Shown: positions 8,601 to 15,122 of the stretch, one piece after another
Position numbering within the stretch: position 1 is the stretch's first letter
Layout of the letters: every line of letters starts with the position of its first letter
NCBI GenBank assembly: GCA_964503335.1
Contig: CAZCZZ010000002.1
Location: 50,164-114,163 of the forward strand
Source of the DNA: an uncultured Verrucomicrobiota bacterium
GTDB lineage: Bacteria; Verrucomicrobiota; Kiritimatiellia; CAIVKH01
DNA: 64,000 nucleotides
Reading direction: 5' to 3'
Made by a program: the position numbers and the translations under genes
The notes under the pieces: model-generated
What the model was told of the DNA's origin: nothing
Databases searched by the model: none
Seen by the model: only the letters and a program-made list of their open reading frames with translations

Positions 8601-11122
8601 ATTCCTGGATTCCGGGCACCAGTTCTCCGAATCTCGCGAAGCTCGCGATGATCGTGCACGGCAACCAGGCGATCCAGCCCGGCAGTATCGTGCAGAGCCT
8701 GATCAACAACGGATCGGGCGCCGGATACTACCGCCCCCTCGACGTGCACCAGCTCTACAAGCGCAAGCTCAGCCTGCACGTCACGCCGACGCTCGCCTCT
8801 GCCATCGAGTGGGCAAAGGCTGATCCCAATGGCCCGAAGCCGTGGCTCGACGGTCCCACCTTCAACGCGTGGATCGCCACGCTGGTCCAGACGAACCTCG
8901 TCGATCTCTTCGCAAGCACGTTCTCCGACCACGCGCTCCCGTACTTCACACCCGAAGCGATCCGCGACAATGTCTCGCTCGCCAAGGACGTGCTGCAGTC
9001 CATCTACAACACGACGATCACGTCGAACTCGGTATTCTGGACGCCTGAACGGCTCCTCGACCACGACGTTTTCACGAAGATCGCGACCGCCGGGTACCGG
9101 TCCACAGTCCTCGACCAGGCAGAGCATCTGGTGAAATGGTTTGACCGCACCGAGGCGCTCGGCACACGCGGCTACCAGATGAATCGCATCAGCGGCATCA
9201 CCACGTTTGCGATCAATAACAACGCGAGCGATTTCCGATTCCAGAACAACGACAAGGGCCTTGTCATGGCGCTGCGCCGCCTCTTCAGCCGCAAGGCGCG
9301 AAGTGGCGAGAAGGACCAGGTCGTTACGCTCTTCAGCAACTGGGAAGATTTCGGCAACAAGGCGAATGCCGACGCGTACGACACAAACATGCGCTGGATC
9401 GCAAACCATCCCTGGATCCAGGTCACGACACCCGAAGCGATCCTCAACGGCAACGTGGACATCTCAGGCGACGGCCAGGGAGATCCCTGGTACGTGCAGG
9501 AGCGCGGGAACCTGACGGGCGGCCAGACCAAGACCTCGCACAACTACATCAACTACGCGTCCGAATTGAACTACGACAATTGGTATCTCGGCTCGGCACA
9601 GGAAGAAGGCCTGCTCAACAAGCGTTTCGAAATCCGGCCCGGCGTCCTCGTTCCCGGCATCTACGGCATGCTTTACAGCGGAGGCGTGGTTTCACAGACA
9701 TGGGCGAATGTGTTGACCATGGGCGACACCAACCTCGCGCGACTCGCGCGCGGTGCATTCCATGCATCCACATTCCAGTCGGCGTTCCACAACCAGGGCA
9801 CACTGGATCTCTCAAAGTACAGCGACGGCCGTTACATCAACCCCGACTCGACCAGCAACACGCTTGCAGGCTTCGTCAAGCCCGCGCAGTCCCAGACGCG
9901 CATGGCAGCAATCTACAAGCGAATCGACCAGTGGGCCGCGGCCGCCTCAGGCATCACGACACCTCAGACCTCGACCGAGGATGTGGACCTGGATGGCGAA
10001 TCCGAGTACCTCCTGTTCAACGATCGACTCTGCGGCCTGTTCGAGCGGGTGGGCGGACGACTTGTCGGTGCCTGGACGCGCGACATCCACAGCGGGCGCG
10101 TTTTCCAGGGAATCGGCAACCAGATCAGCTACGCCGGTTCCGACACCGAGCATGAAGGCACGTATAACTCCGACACGAACGGCTCGCTGGGTTCCTATCG
10201 CACCTCGGGCCTCAAGGATTGGTATGTCGCGGGCGGCAGCTACGTGAACGACCTCTACAGCTTCACGAATCAGCCCTCCGGCTGGCTCATCACCTCGAGT
10301 GACGGCAAGATCAAGAAGACCGTCACCCTCGCTGCAAAGAGTTGGGCCTTTGAAGTGAACTACGTGTTGTCCGGATCGCTCACCAATCAGCCTCTGTACA
10401 TCCGCCATGGATTCTCGCCAAACCTCTGGGATCTCGTCGTGCGCGGGCAGCGAACGCTCAGCGGCATCACAAACAGTGGTGGCGTGGTAAGCCTCGCGAA
10501 CACGAACTACAGCCACACAGTAATTACGTATGTCGGCTGCAGTGACGCAGGACACACGACCGGACATAACCCGCTCGCGGAGGACGACAATCCCGCGACG
10601 GGACGTCAGTTCGCCACGTTCAATATGCGGAACCAGGCGCAGACGCATCAGGTCGAGATCGTGGGCACCAACGCCTTCGCGTTCTCACTCGGCCTTCGTG
10701 CCTTTGGCTCGGACTGGGACGCCGACGGCCTGCCGAACGACTTCGAAGATGGCAACGGCCTGAACTCGACGAACGCTGCAGACGGGAATGCCGACACGGA
10801 CGGCGATGGCATGAAGGCCTGGCAGGAGTATGTCGCCGGCACAGCGGCCAACAATGGAAACGAATACTTCGACGTGGTCGACTCGCTGCGAACGAACAGC
10901 GCCTATGTAACAGTTCGCTTCCCGACCTCGCTGCAGCGCGAATATCGCATCTGGTACGCGAACAACGGTCTCCTGGCCCCGACATGGACGTTGGCGACCA
11001 CAAATCCCGTTGCCGGCACGGGCGGAATTGTGGAGTGGTACGACAACGGCACGCAAACGTCGCCTCATCCGTCGACCATGACCAACCGCTTCTACCGCAT
11101 CGACGTCCGCCTGCCGCAGTAG
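2663..11122 (+). CDS. Giant secreted glycoside hydrolase (2819 aa): signal peptide, GH13 alpha-amylase catalytic domain, TSP3-like Ca2+-binding DxDxDG repeats, GH57-like domain, and a dockerin-like C-terminal module. The start may be GTG 2663 or ATG 2684.
   Basis: GH13 signatures 'GYTALWLPPP', 'GIRVYFDNIMNH', 'VDGLRLDAVKHV'. Repeated 'DTDGDGLPDG', 'DSDSDGLPDG', 'DTDGDGDVDG' loops at ~6830-7590. GH57-like motifs 'WTPERLL' (WxPE nucleophile motif) and 'SNWEDFG' (DGEKFG-like) at ~9030-9360. N-terminal 'GFAGAVLLASPVKA' is a signal peptide. Confidence 0.85.
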   Translation: MRTLVKNMGYVLRGVVMGFAGAVLLASPVKAEVILQFFNNSWNEITEKLPEIAEVGYTALWLPPPQKASGDLSVGYDLWDPFDLGNKSQRGGRTRYGNEDDLLRLIETAHRFGIRVYFDNIMNHRAFDIPGYNEFTPIDIYPGMLPEDFHLRVTEDGFYRPWGDTANWGNTWEVQNQFLSGLIDIAHESPNSNFGPTLGSTHPKIQFVRHPQNPEYYDYHPTLGYVGFGNTNITTTLITNNPNFFKEDVGGYMMRSVRWLMDRTKVDGLRLDAVKHVPAYFFGEQWASGKDTNSAGYCGQAQWQFNKTRGFSDANHRDTVFDSEQPRDDAMMFGEHMGEPPPYDEYFASGMRLIDAKIHQTLNDVLGNPGRTLLGLENDGYSAGFQFGAYLGVPYAKSHDDAVAYREELHNAINLTRRGLPNIYTDGNRQAETLGESGGAFPRHANTKPFGQFGDNRIPNLVYIHNQFARGDQVGRQTDGDVLAYERRDKRENWDMSNAEGTTLLMLINDNYAGGQYREIPTTFPDGSWLWQYSSAGPGFYYKVTNGQVRVTTPPGGYFAFSWRNPEASDLWGSAGGRPLQIYQNGQEPGFISYVRKEGPDGDPAFNPYGVFDSNKTDFAYTYYVPRVTTATNLRFAARVDGSAYNVMMKLDGGVPMNTASHGGGDARDNPPALSSDVYLGYEQADFKHRIHREKFAARNTISNNVIGSGGAETYTFTVGVSNYVINAGITNKDSDLETAEFVYHDPNGSTDHGYSQFWPKPENAAGGDIYVWAKAGFSGEVNRVFMYYTTDGISWPEGAGGEGTGSTKVKEMTLGFTTNFQSWYTTATPIPGVASGTVFRYKIGAYREQGYLGAPWVVRFPNSEYDINNKKSMMGVWQLTNVNVSSSVYRPHNDYGMSTTGLVEGFHTISARAFLQREGSAGGNGKMSAIYNTLQQTFYLDTKTPEGEIKYPVENETLFDNRYGAVIRTDPTVTEVWYNILDNNALNDDGQTGQSQGNGTNALGQSSWVKAQRVTPTIGLISQYPLEWRLNYNNVASNGTAAIQVKLAELSSSTNPLLSDVSGHFRTLTRNVNANGPAYSMFVGWPQKDGDTVGVPYNMKLYFSQALWNSDEETIRNRFLITIDGVAQGRSGYDLNWQAGPNGMHELAFDLPDLYNGDPNYLHEIVITHTNAGGGGITLYGSRYVKAAKSTTGATVTIVDPPEFNLDGAPYAIVLPDVPNPTAQQRQYSIRVQTDSSAKSVWIEFTNSVGFTTSMPGSTNALTGTVAVVAGSANVVGSGTLFDSQVTVGSILRISTNLAMVSRIDSATNLVLREPYPGPTAGGLSVDVVTGNPLRNGSKLFWNFYWTNITTAGSYTLIAKVDTNNNPSTVEAQASRTTRVVFRDSVSGDMDYDDDDDGLMDASELASTNLPSTNPETWNNGQVHIWYVYGKTDPMLPDTDGDGLPDGLESGWRGADPGNTQTNTDTNGDGFPNFRGDRDPPFFNTVPDNWDVPDYNFNDSRTKLIAGSMTDPNNADSDSDGLPDGIEDKNRNGWVDGDGLGLGPDDPKSARPNAGDWPDGIEQSWETWSETDPNNSDTDGDGDVDGHGEDKNFNGRIDGDANSNRVWNAGELWIETDPLNADTDGDGLPDGWETRYGLDPWDSGIIGQINRRTGATITNALNGADGNPDGDVIVVGIATNPYSNILEFQNSTHPFITDNGSQPPAGSVVIGRGQVLGVLGGVTNYQEFTEWTADDLLALDEYEGDGFNDEGGDVNPSWVDMGNNNWQLDGFDTSRDIVAFYARDGGNSDGKFYFRLDFNDLQAFAEDTYLDIYVVIDTGQPGVGEVNLPDDVDLTTDMKWELVVAAYKSGQGAVYVDTDHINNTTAEGQALDASVGVIRRDQSTASGFIDAYYNSEMDAVEFSISRQALIDAGWNGLNPDTLNYQVFVTKDGTCNSCGAGGKAGPGDLGGRNDIRDTIYDDGLAEDKGDKQAGIDDILHSWIPGTSSPNLAKLAMIVHGNQAIQPGSIVQSLINNGSGAGYYRPLDVHQLYKRKLSLHVTPTLASAIEWAKADPNGPKPWLDGPTFNAWIATLVQTNLVDLFASTFSDHALPYFTPEAIRDNVSLAKDVLQSIYNTTITSNSVFWTPERLLDHDVFTKIATAGYRSTVLDQAEHLVKWFDRTEALGTRGYQMNRISGITTFAINNNASDFRFQNNDKGLVMALRRLFSRKARSGEKDQVVTLFSNWEDFGNKANADAYDTNMRWIANHPWIQVTTPEAILNGNVDISGDGQGDPWYVQERGNLTGGQTKTSHNYINYASELNYDNWYLGSAQEEGLLNKRFEIRPGVLVPGIYGMLYSGGVVSQTWANVLTMGDTNLARLARGAFHASTFQSAFHNQGTLDLSKYSDGRYINPDSTSNTLAGFVKPAQSQTRMAAIYKRIDQWAAAASGITTPQTSTEDVDLDGESEYLLFNDRLCGLFERVGGRLVGAWTRDIHSGRVFQGIGNQISYAGSDTEHEGTYNSDTNGSLGSYRTSGLKDWYVAGGSYVNDLYSFTNQPSGWLITSSDGKIKKTVTLAAKSWAFEVNYVLSGSLTNQPLYIRHGFSPNLWDLVVRGQRTLSGITNSGGVVSLANTNYSHTVITYVGCSDAGHTTGHNPLAEDDNPATGRQFATFNMRNQAQTHQVEIVGTNAFAFSLGLRAFGSDWDADGLPNDFEDGNGLNSTNAADGNADTDGDGMKAWQEYVAGTAANNGNEYFDVVDSLRTNSAYVTVRFPTSLQREYRIWYANNGLLAPTWTLATTNPVAGTGGIVEWYDNGTQTSPHPSTMTNRFYRIDVRLPQ
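2750..4100 (+). other. GH13 alpha-amylase catalytic domain within the 2663-11122 CDS (approximate boundaries).
   Basis: Conserved GH13 regions I-IV recognisable in the translation ('DNIMNH', 'GLRLDAVKH', 'EHMGE', 'SHDD'). Confidence 0.7.
6830..7590 (+). other. Thrombospondin-type-3-like / EF-hand-like Ca2+-binding repeat region within the 2663-11122 CDS.
   Basis: At least six DxDxDG(L/V)PDG loops read in the translation between 'DMDYDDDDDG' and 'DADTDGDGLPDGWETRYGLDPWD'. Confidence 0.6.
8590..10450 (+). other. GH57-like domain within the 2663-11122 CDS (approximate boundaries).
   Basis: 'IVHGNQAIQ' (HQP-region-like), 'WTPERLLDHD' and 'NWEDFGNKANADAY' resemble GH57 conserved motifs I, III and IV. 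Confidence 0.5.
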
Positions 11123-11139
11123 CCGAACCTTCTCTTCTG

Positions 11140-11203
11140 TAGCCGGGGTCGGTGACCCCGGATCGTAAATTCAGAAGTCCGGGGTCACCGACCCCGGCTA
11201 CAG
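11140..11203. terminator. Large GC-rich hairpin (25-bp arms tgtagccggggtcggtgaccccgga / tccggggtcaccgaccccggctaca) between the convergent giant amylase and nth genes; likely a bidirectional terminator. It overlaps the nth stop codon.
   Basis: Perfect inverted repeat read directly from the sequence. It lies between the two convergent 3' ends. Confidence 0.55.
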
Positions 11204-11842
11204 GGGGCGCGCCGACGGGCAGATGTCATTCAGCGGACATTCTCCGCACTTCGGCTTGCGCGCGATGCACGTGTACCGTCCGTGGAGGGTGATGCAGTGC
11301 GACCAGTCGGTCCAATCCTTCTCGGGCAGGATTTCGCGAAGTTCCATCTCGATCTTTGTCGCGTCGGTTTGCTTCGTGAGGCCGAGCAGCTGATTCAATC
11401 GAATCTGGTGCGTATCGATGATCAGGCCGGGCTTCTTGAATGCGTCTGCCATCAGAAGGTTTGCGGTCTTTCGGCCTATGCCCGGGAGCTTGATCAGCGT
11501 CTCGAGGTCTTCCGGCATCATCCCTGCGTGGCGTTCGACAAGAGCGGCTCCGAGGTTCCGGATGCTCTTCGCCTTGTTTCGATAGAAGCCCGTGGTGCGG
11601 ACTTCTTCCTCCAGCTTCAAAGGATCGGCATTCGCGTAATCCCTTGCAGTCCTGTACTTCTTGAATAGCGCGGGCGTGACCATGTTCACGCGCTTGTCGG
11701 TGCACTGCGCGGCGAGGATCGCGGCCACGGCGAGTTCGAGGGGGGTCGTGAAATCAAGCTCGCAGCGTGGGTCGGGAATCGCTTTGCGAAGTCTGTCGAG
11801 GACTTCTGCGGCGAAACGCTTCCTGGTTGCGACGTTCTTCAT
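11198..11842 (-). CDS. nth: Endonuclease III (DNA glycosylase/AP lyase, 4Fe-4S).
   Basis: HhH-GPD motif 'LIKLPGIGRKTANLL' and C-terminal Cys cluster 'CIARKPKCGECPLNDIC' (C-x6-C-x2-C-x5-C); 214 aa. Confidence 0.9.
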   Translation of the reverse strand: MKNVATRKRFAAEVLDRLRKAIPDPRCELDFTTPLELAVAAILAAQCTDKRVNMVTPALFKKYRTARDYANADPLKLEEEVRTTGFYRNKAKSIRNLGAALVERHAGMMPEDLETLIKLPGIGRKTANLLMADAFKKPGLIIDTHQIRLNQLLGLTKQTDATKIEMELREILPEKDWTDWSHCITLHGRYTCIARKPKCGECPLNDICPSARPL

Positions 11843-11890
11843 GCGCGCTGAGACAAAAGCAGAAAATCGGACGCGATAACAGGATTTATG

Positions 11891-12000
11891 GGTAGGGCGA
11901 ACCGTCCCGGTGAGCCGGATGGAGAACGCGGCTTACCGGGACGGTTCGCCCTACCAAAAGAAGAACCGTGATCCGTCGCTAAACGGATCACGGTTTTCGT
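11891..12000. terminator. Two consecutive stem-loops downstream of pnp: gggtagggcgaaccgtcccggt...accgggacggttcgccctacc, then gaaccgtgatccgt-cgctaa-acggatcacggtt flanked by A and T runs. Likely bidirectional rho-independent terminators.
   Basis: Inverted repeats read directly. The second hairpin is followed by TTTT on the plus strand and preceded by AAAAG, which gives U-runs in both directions. Confidence 0.55.
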
Positions 12001-12018
12001 AATTGCTGGATTCGTGGC

Positions 12019-14127
12019 TTACGTCGTCTTCGCGGCGGCGTCCATGTCCGCCAGGGCAGCCTTGCGGCTCAAGCGAACCTTGCCGTTGTCATCGACGTTG
12101 ATGACCTTGACCCACATCTGGTCGCCCATCTTGCAGATGTCATCGACGCTACGGACGCGGAAGTCGGCCATCTCGCTAATGTGAACCAGACCTTCGCGGC
12201 TGGGCATGAACTCGACAAACGCGCCGAATTCCTTGATGCCGGTGACCGTGCCCTGATAGATCTTGCCGATCTCGGGCTCGGCGCAGATGCCCATGACCTG
12301 GGCCACGGCCGCTTCCATCGCCTTCGCGTCGGTCGCGTACACATTGACGTAGCCCGTGTCGTCGATATCGATCTGCGTGCCCGTCGTCTCCGTGATGCGG
12401 CGGATGTTCTTGCCGCCGGGTCCGATGAGGGCACCGATCTTCTCGGGGTTGATCTTGAGCTTCGTGATCCGGGGCGCATAGGCCGACATTTCGGCGCGCG
12501 GCTCGGCGATGATGCCCTGCATGACGTCAAGAATCTGCATGCGGGCCTTGCGAGTGTGCTCGAAAGCGCCTTCCACCAGGTTCCACGGCAGGCCGCGGAT
12601 CTTGAGGTCGACTTGGAAGCCTGTGATGCCGTCGCGTGTTCCGGCGACCTTGAAATCCATGTCGCCGCAATGATCTTCGGCGCCGAGGATGTCCGTCACC
12701 AACACAGCCTTGTTGTCGCCCGTGAAGAGGCCTGCGGAGATGCCTGCCACCGGCTTCGAGATCGGAACACCTGCATCCATCAGTGCGAGGGTGCCAGCGC
12801 AAACCGAGGCCATCGAGGTGGAGCCATTGGAGCCCATGATTTCGGAGACGACGCGGATGCTGTACGGGTAATCCTTCGGGATGACCGGGAGGATCGAGCG
12901 CTCGGCAAGGTTGCCGTGACCGATTTCGCGGCGACCCGTGGCGCCAAGGCGTCCCACTTCACCCACGCTGTAGGGCGGGAAGTTGTAGTGGAGAAGGAAC
13001 TTCTTCTCGACCGGACCGCCTGCGATCGCGTCGAGCTCCTGCGCGTCACCTGACGTGCCGAGCGTAACGATCGAAAGAGCCTGCGTTTCGCCGCGGTTGA
13101 AAATGGCCGAACCGTGGACGCGGGGAAGGACGCCAACCGAGCCCGAGAGGGGGCGTACAGCGTCCGTGGCGCGACCGCCGATGCGGTACCCTTCGTCGAG
13201 CACGAGCTTGCGCGTGACTTCAATCTCGAGCGCGTCGAAGAGCTGGAAATACTGCTCGCCGGTCATTTCAGGGAAATGGGTCTGAAGCTGAGCCTTGAGG
13301 CTTTCCTTCAATTCGGAAACCTTGTTCTGGCGCTCCAGCTTGCCGGAGATGTGAAGGGCGTCGGCGAAGGCCTTGCCGCCGAGCTCACGCGCCTTGTTCA
13401 GGAGCGTGTGATCGACTTCGAGGTCCTTGGCGACTTTGGGAGGAAGTCCCAGGCGCTTGCGGAGTTCGAGCTGGGCGTCGAGCAGCGGGATGATCGCGTC
13501 ATGCGCGGCGCGCATCGCGGCAATCATGTCCTTTTCGCTGATCTCGTTCGCATTGCCCTCGATCATGATCGGGCATTCGCGGTTTCCGGCGTACACGAGG
13601 TTCAGGTCGCTCTGGGCGAGTTCGGAATGTGTGGGATTGAGGACGAACTGTCCGTTGACGCGGCCGACGCGCACGGCGGCGATCGGTCCGAAGAACGGGA
13701 TTTCCGAAAGCATCAGGGCTGCGCTTGTGGCGTTGATGCTGAGAATATCGGGCTCATTTTCGCCGTCGGCGACCATGAGCATGTTGTTGACCTGCACGTC
13801 GTTGCGATAGCCGTCGGGGAAGAACGGGCGGATTGGGCGGTCGGTCACGCGCGCGGTCAGGATTTCGCGCTCGCTGGGCTTGCTCTCACGCTTGAAGTAG
13901 CCGCCCGGAAACTTGCCGGCCGCGTAGTACTTTTCACGGTATTCGACCTGAAGGGGGAAGAAATCGACGCCTTCGCGCGGAGTCTTGGTCGCGGTGATCG
14001 CCGAAAATACTACGGTATCACCAATCTGGGCTTTGACGGATCCATTGGCCTGAAGGGCCAGAAGTCCGGTTTCGAATGTAATGGTCTTATTGCCGACCGG
14101 GACGCTGATCGTCTGAACGTTGCTCAT
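12019..14127 (-). CDS. pnp: Polynucleotide phosphorylase (polyribonucleotide nucleotidyltransferase).
   Basis: 702 aa from 'MSNVQTISVPVGNKTITFETG'. Two RNase PH domains, a KH domain and a C-terminal S1 domain ('GKIYQGTVTGIKEFGAFVEF') are recognisable. Located directly downstream of rpsO, as in the canonical operon. Confidence 0.92.
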   Translation of the reverse strand: MSNVQTISVPVGNKTITFETGLLALQANGSVKAQIGDTVVFSAITATKTPREGVDFFPLQVEYREKYYAAGKFPGGYFKRESKPSEREILTARVTDRPIRPFFPDGYRNDVQVNNMLMVADGENEPDILSINATSAALMLSEIPFFGPIAAVRVGRVNGQFVLNPTHSELAQSDLNLVYAGNRECPIMIEGNANEISEKDMIAAMRAAHDAIIPLLDAQLELRKRLGLPPKVAKDLEVDHTLLNKARELGGKAFADALHISGKLERQNKVSELKESLKAQLQTHFPEMTGEQYFQLFDALEIEVTRKLVLDEGYRIGGRATDAVRPLSGSVGVLPRVHGSAIFNRGETQALSIVTLGTSGDAQELDAIAGGPVEKKFLLHYNFPPYSVGEVGRLGATGRREIGHGNLAERSILPVIPKDYPYSIRVVSEIMGSNGSTSMASVCAGTLALMDAGVPISKPVAGISAGLFTGDNKAVLVTDILGAEDHCGDMDFKVAGTRDGITGFQVDLKIRGLPWNLVEGAFEHTRKARMQILDVMQGIIAEPRAEMSAYAPRITKLKINPEKIGALIGPGGKNIRRITETTGTQIDIDDTGYVNVYATDAKAMEAAVAQVMGICAEPEIGKIYQGTVTGIKEFGAFVEFMPSREGLVHISEMADFRVRSVDDICKMGDQMWVKVINVDDNGKVRLSRKAALADMDAAAKTT

Positions 14128-14271
14128 GCTCTTTTTTACCTTCCGTTGCCGGAGGACGATGCTGGGAAGGCTGCTGTGAGCGAAACCACCGGGGCTGCGC
14201 ACCTACATGCCAAACAGGAGTCCTCAAGCCTTGCTTGAAGAAAGACAACCGCTCTTACAGGGAGAGGGTGT

Positions 14272-14535
14272 TTAACGGCGCAGACCGAGGCGTTCAATGA
14301 GCTTCTTGTAGCGCTCTTGATCCCTCGTTCCGAGATAATCCAGCAAACGGCGGCGCGTGCTGACCATTGCAATCAGACCGCGGCGCGAGCTGTGATCCTT
14401 CACATGTCCTTGAAGGTGCTCGGTCAGGCTCTTGATACGCTGGCTCAACAGGGCAACCTGAACCTCCACCGATCCAGTGTCGTTCGTGTGGGTCTGATAT
14501 TCCTGTTTGATGCTCTCTTTTGATACGTTCTGCAT
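14272..14535 (-). CDS. rpsO: 30S ribosomal protein S15.
   Basis: 87-aa translation '[14 protein letters not shown]...LIERLGLRR' is a typical S15, in the canonical position upstream of pnp. Confidence 0.9.
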   Translation of the reverse strand: MQNVSKESIKQEYQTHTNDTGSVEVQVALLSQRIKSLTEHLQGHVKDHSSRRGLIAMVSTRRRLLDYLGTRDQERYKKLIERLGLRR

Positions 14536-15122
14536 AGCCCTACCAACCCGGTATCGGGTTGTCTTTCTAGTTATTCCTTACTCGATGTGGCCGGACTTTA
14601 TAGGTTGTGACCTTGAGCAAGGCAAGCCCCTTGTGTGAAAAATCTCGCGAGACCAGGCTTTGGCCCGCCAAGACATAGCAAAAGTGACCCCTACGGAGGC
14701 TGTTCAGGTGGTCGCAGGTGATCGAATGTGCCAAATTCCGACAGATTTTGCGCACTTTGTGTGTAAGATGCTTGTGATAAATGTATTGCGCCAGAAACAC
14801 GAGCGCGAAGGCCATGTTCTCATCATTGAGAAAAGTTAACAACGAATCAATGGAGTACTTTCCCTAATGATCTTTACACTTCGCTCATCGGACCCTATCT
14901 TTAATCTGTAGCGGCACAGGTAGTTCGATTCGGAACAGGCAAGAGGTGTCATTTGCCTGCCGGGGGGTGGAATGTTCACGCATGAGGTGTGTGAAGTTTA
15001 AGTCATTTCCCCTTTCGGCTCAGGTGTCGCGGTGGCGGGGACTATTTGTGGATATGGGTCTTTCCGGTGAGAGCACTGATCGGAAGAGGTCAACGGTGGC
15101 GGGGACGCGGTTGGGGATTCCG

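Noticed and set aside
14946-15122. ORF-track start of giant 1 at 14946 (and 38000 for giant 2) as the true translation starts.
   Set aside because: These N-terminal extensions lack signal-peptide character, while signal-peptide-like segments begin at ATG 15123 and near 38177-38330. The 38000 start would also overlap the upstream gene by 180 nt.
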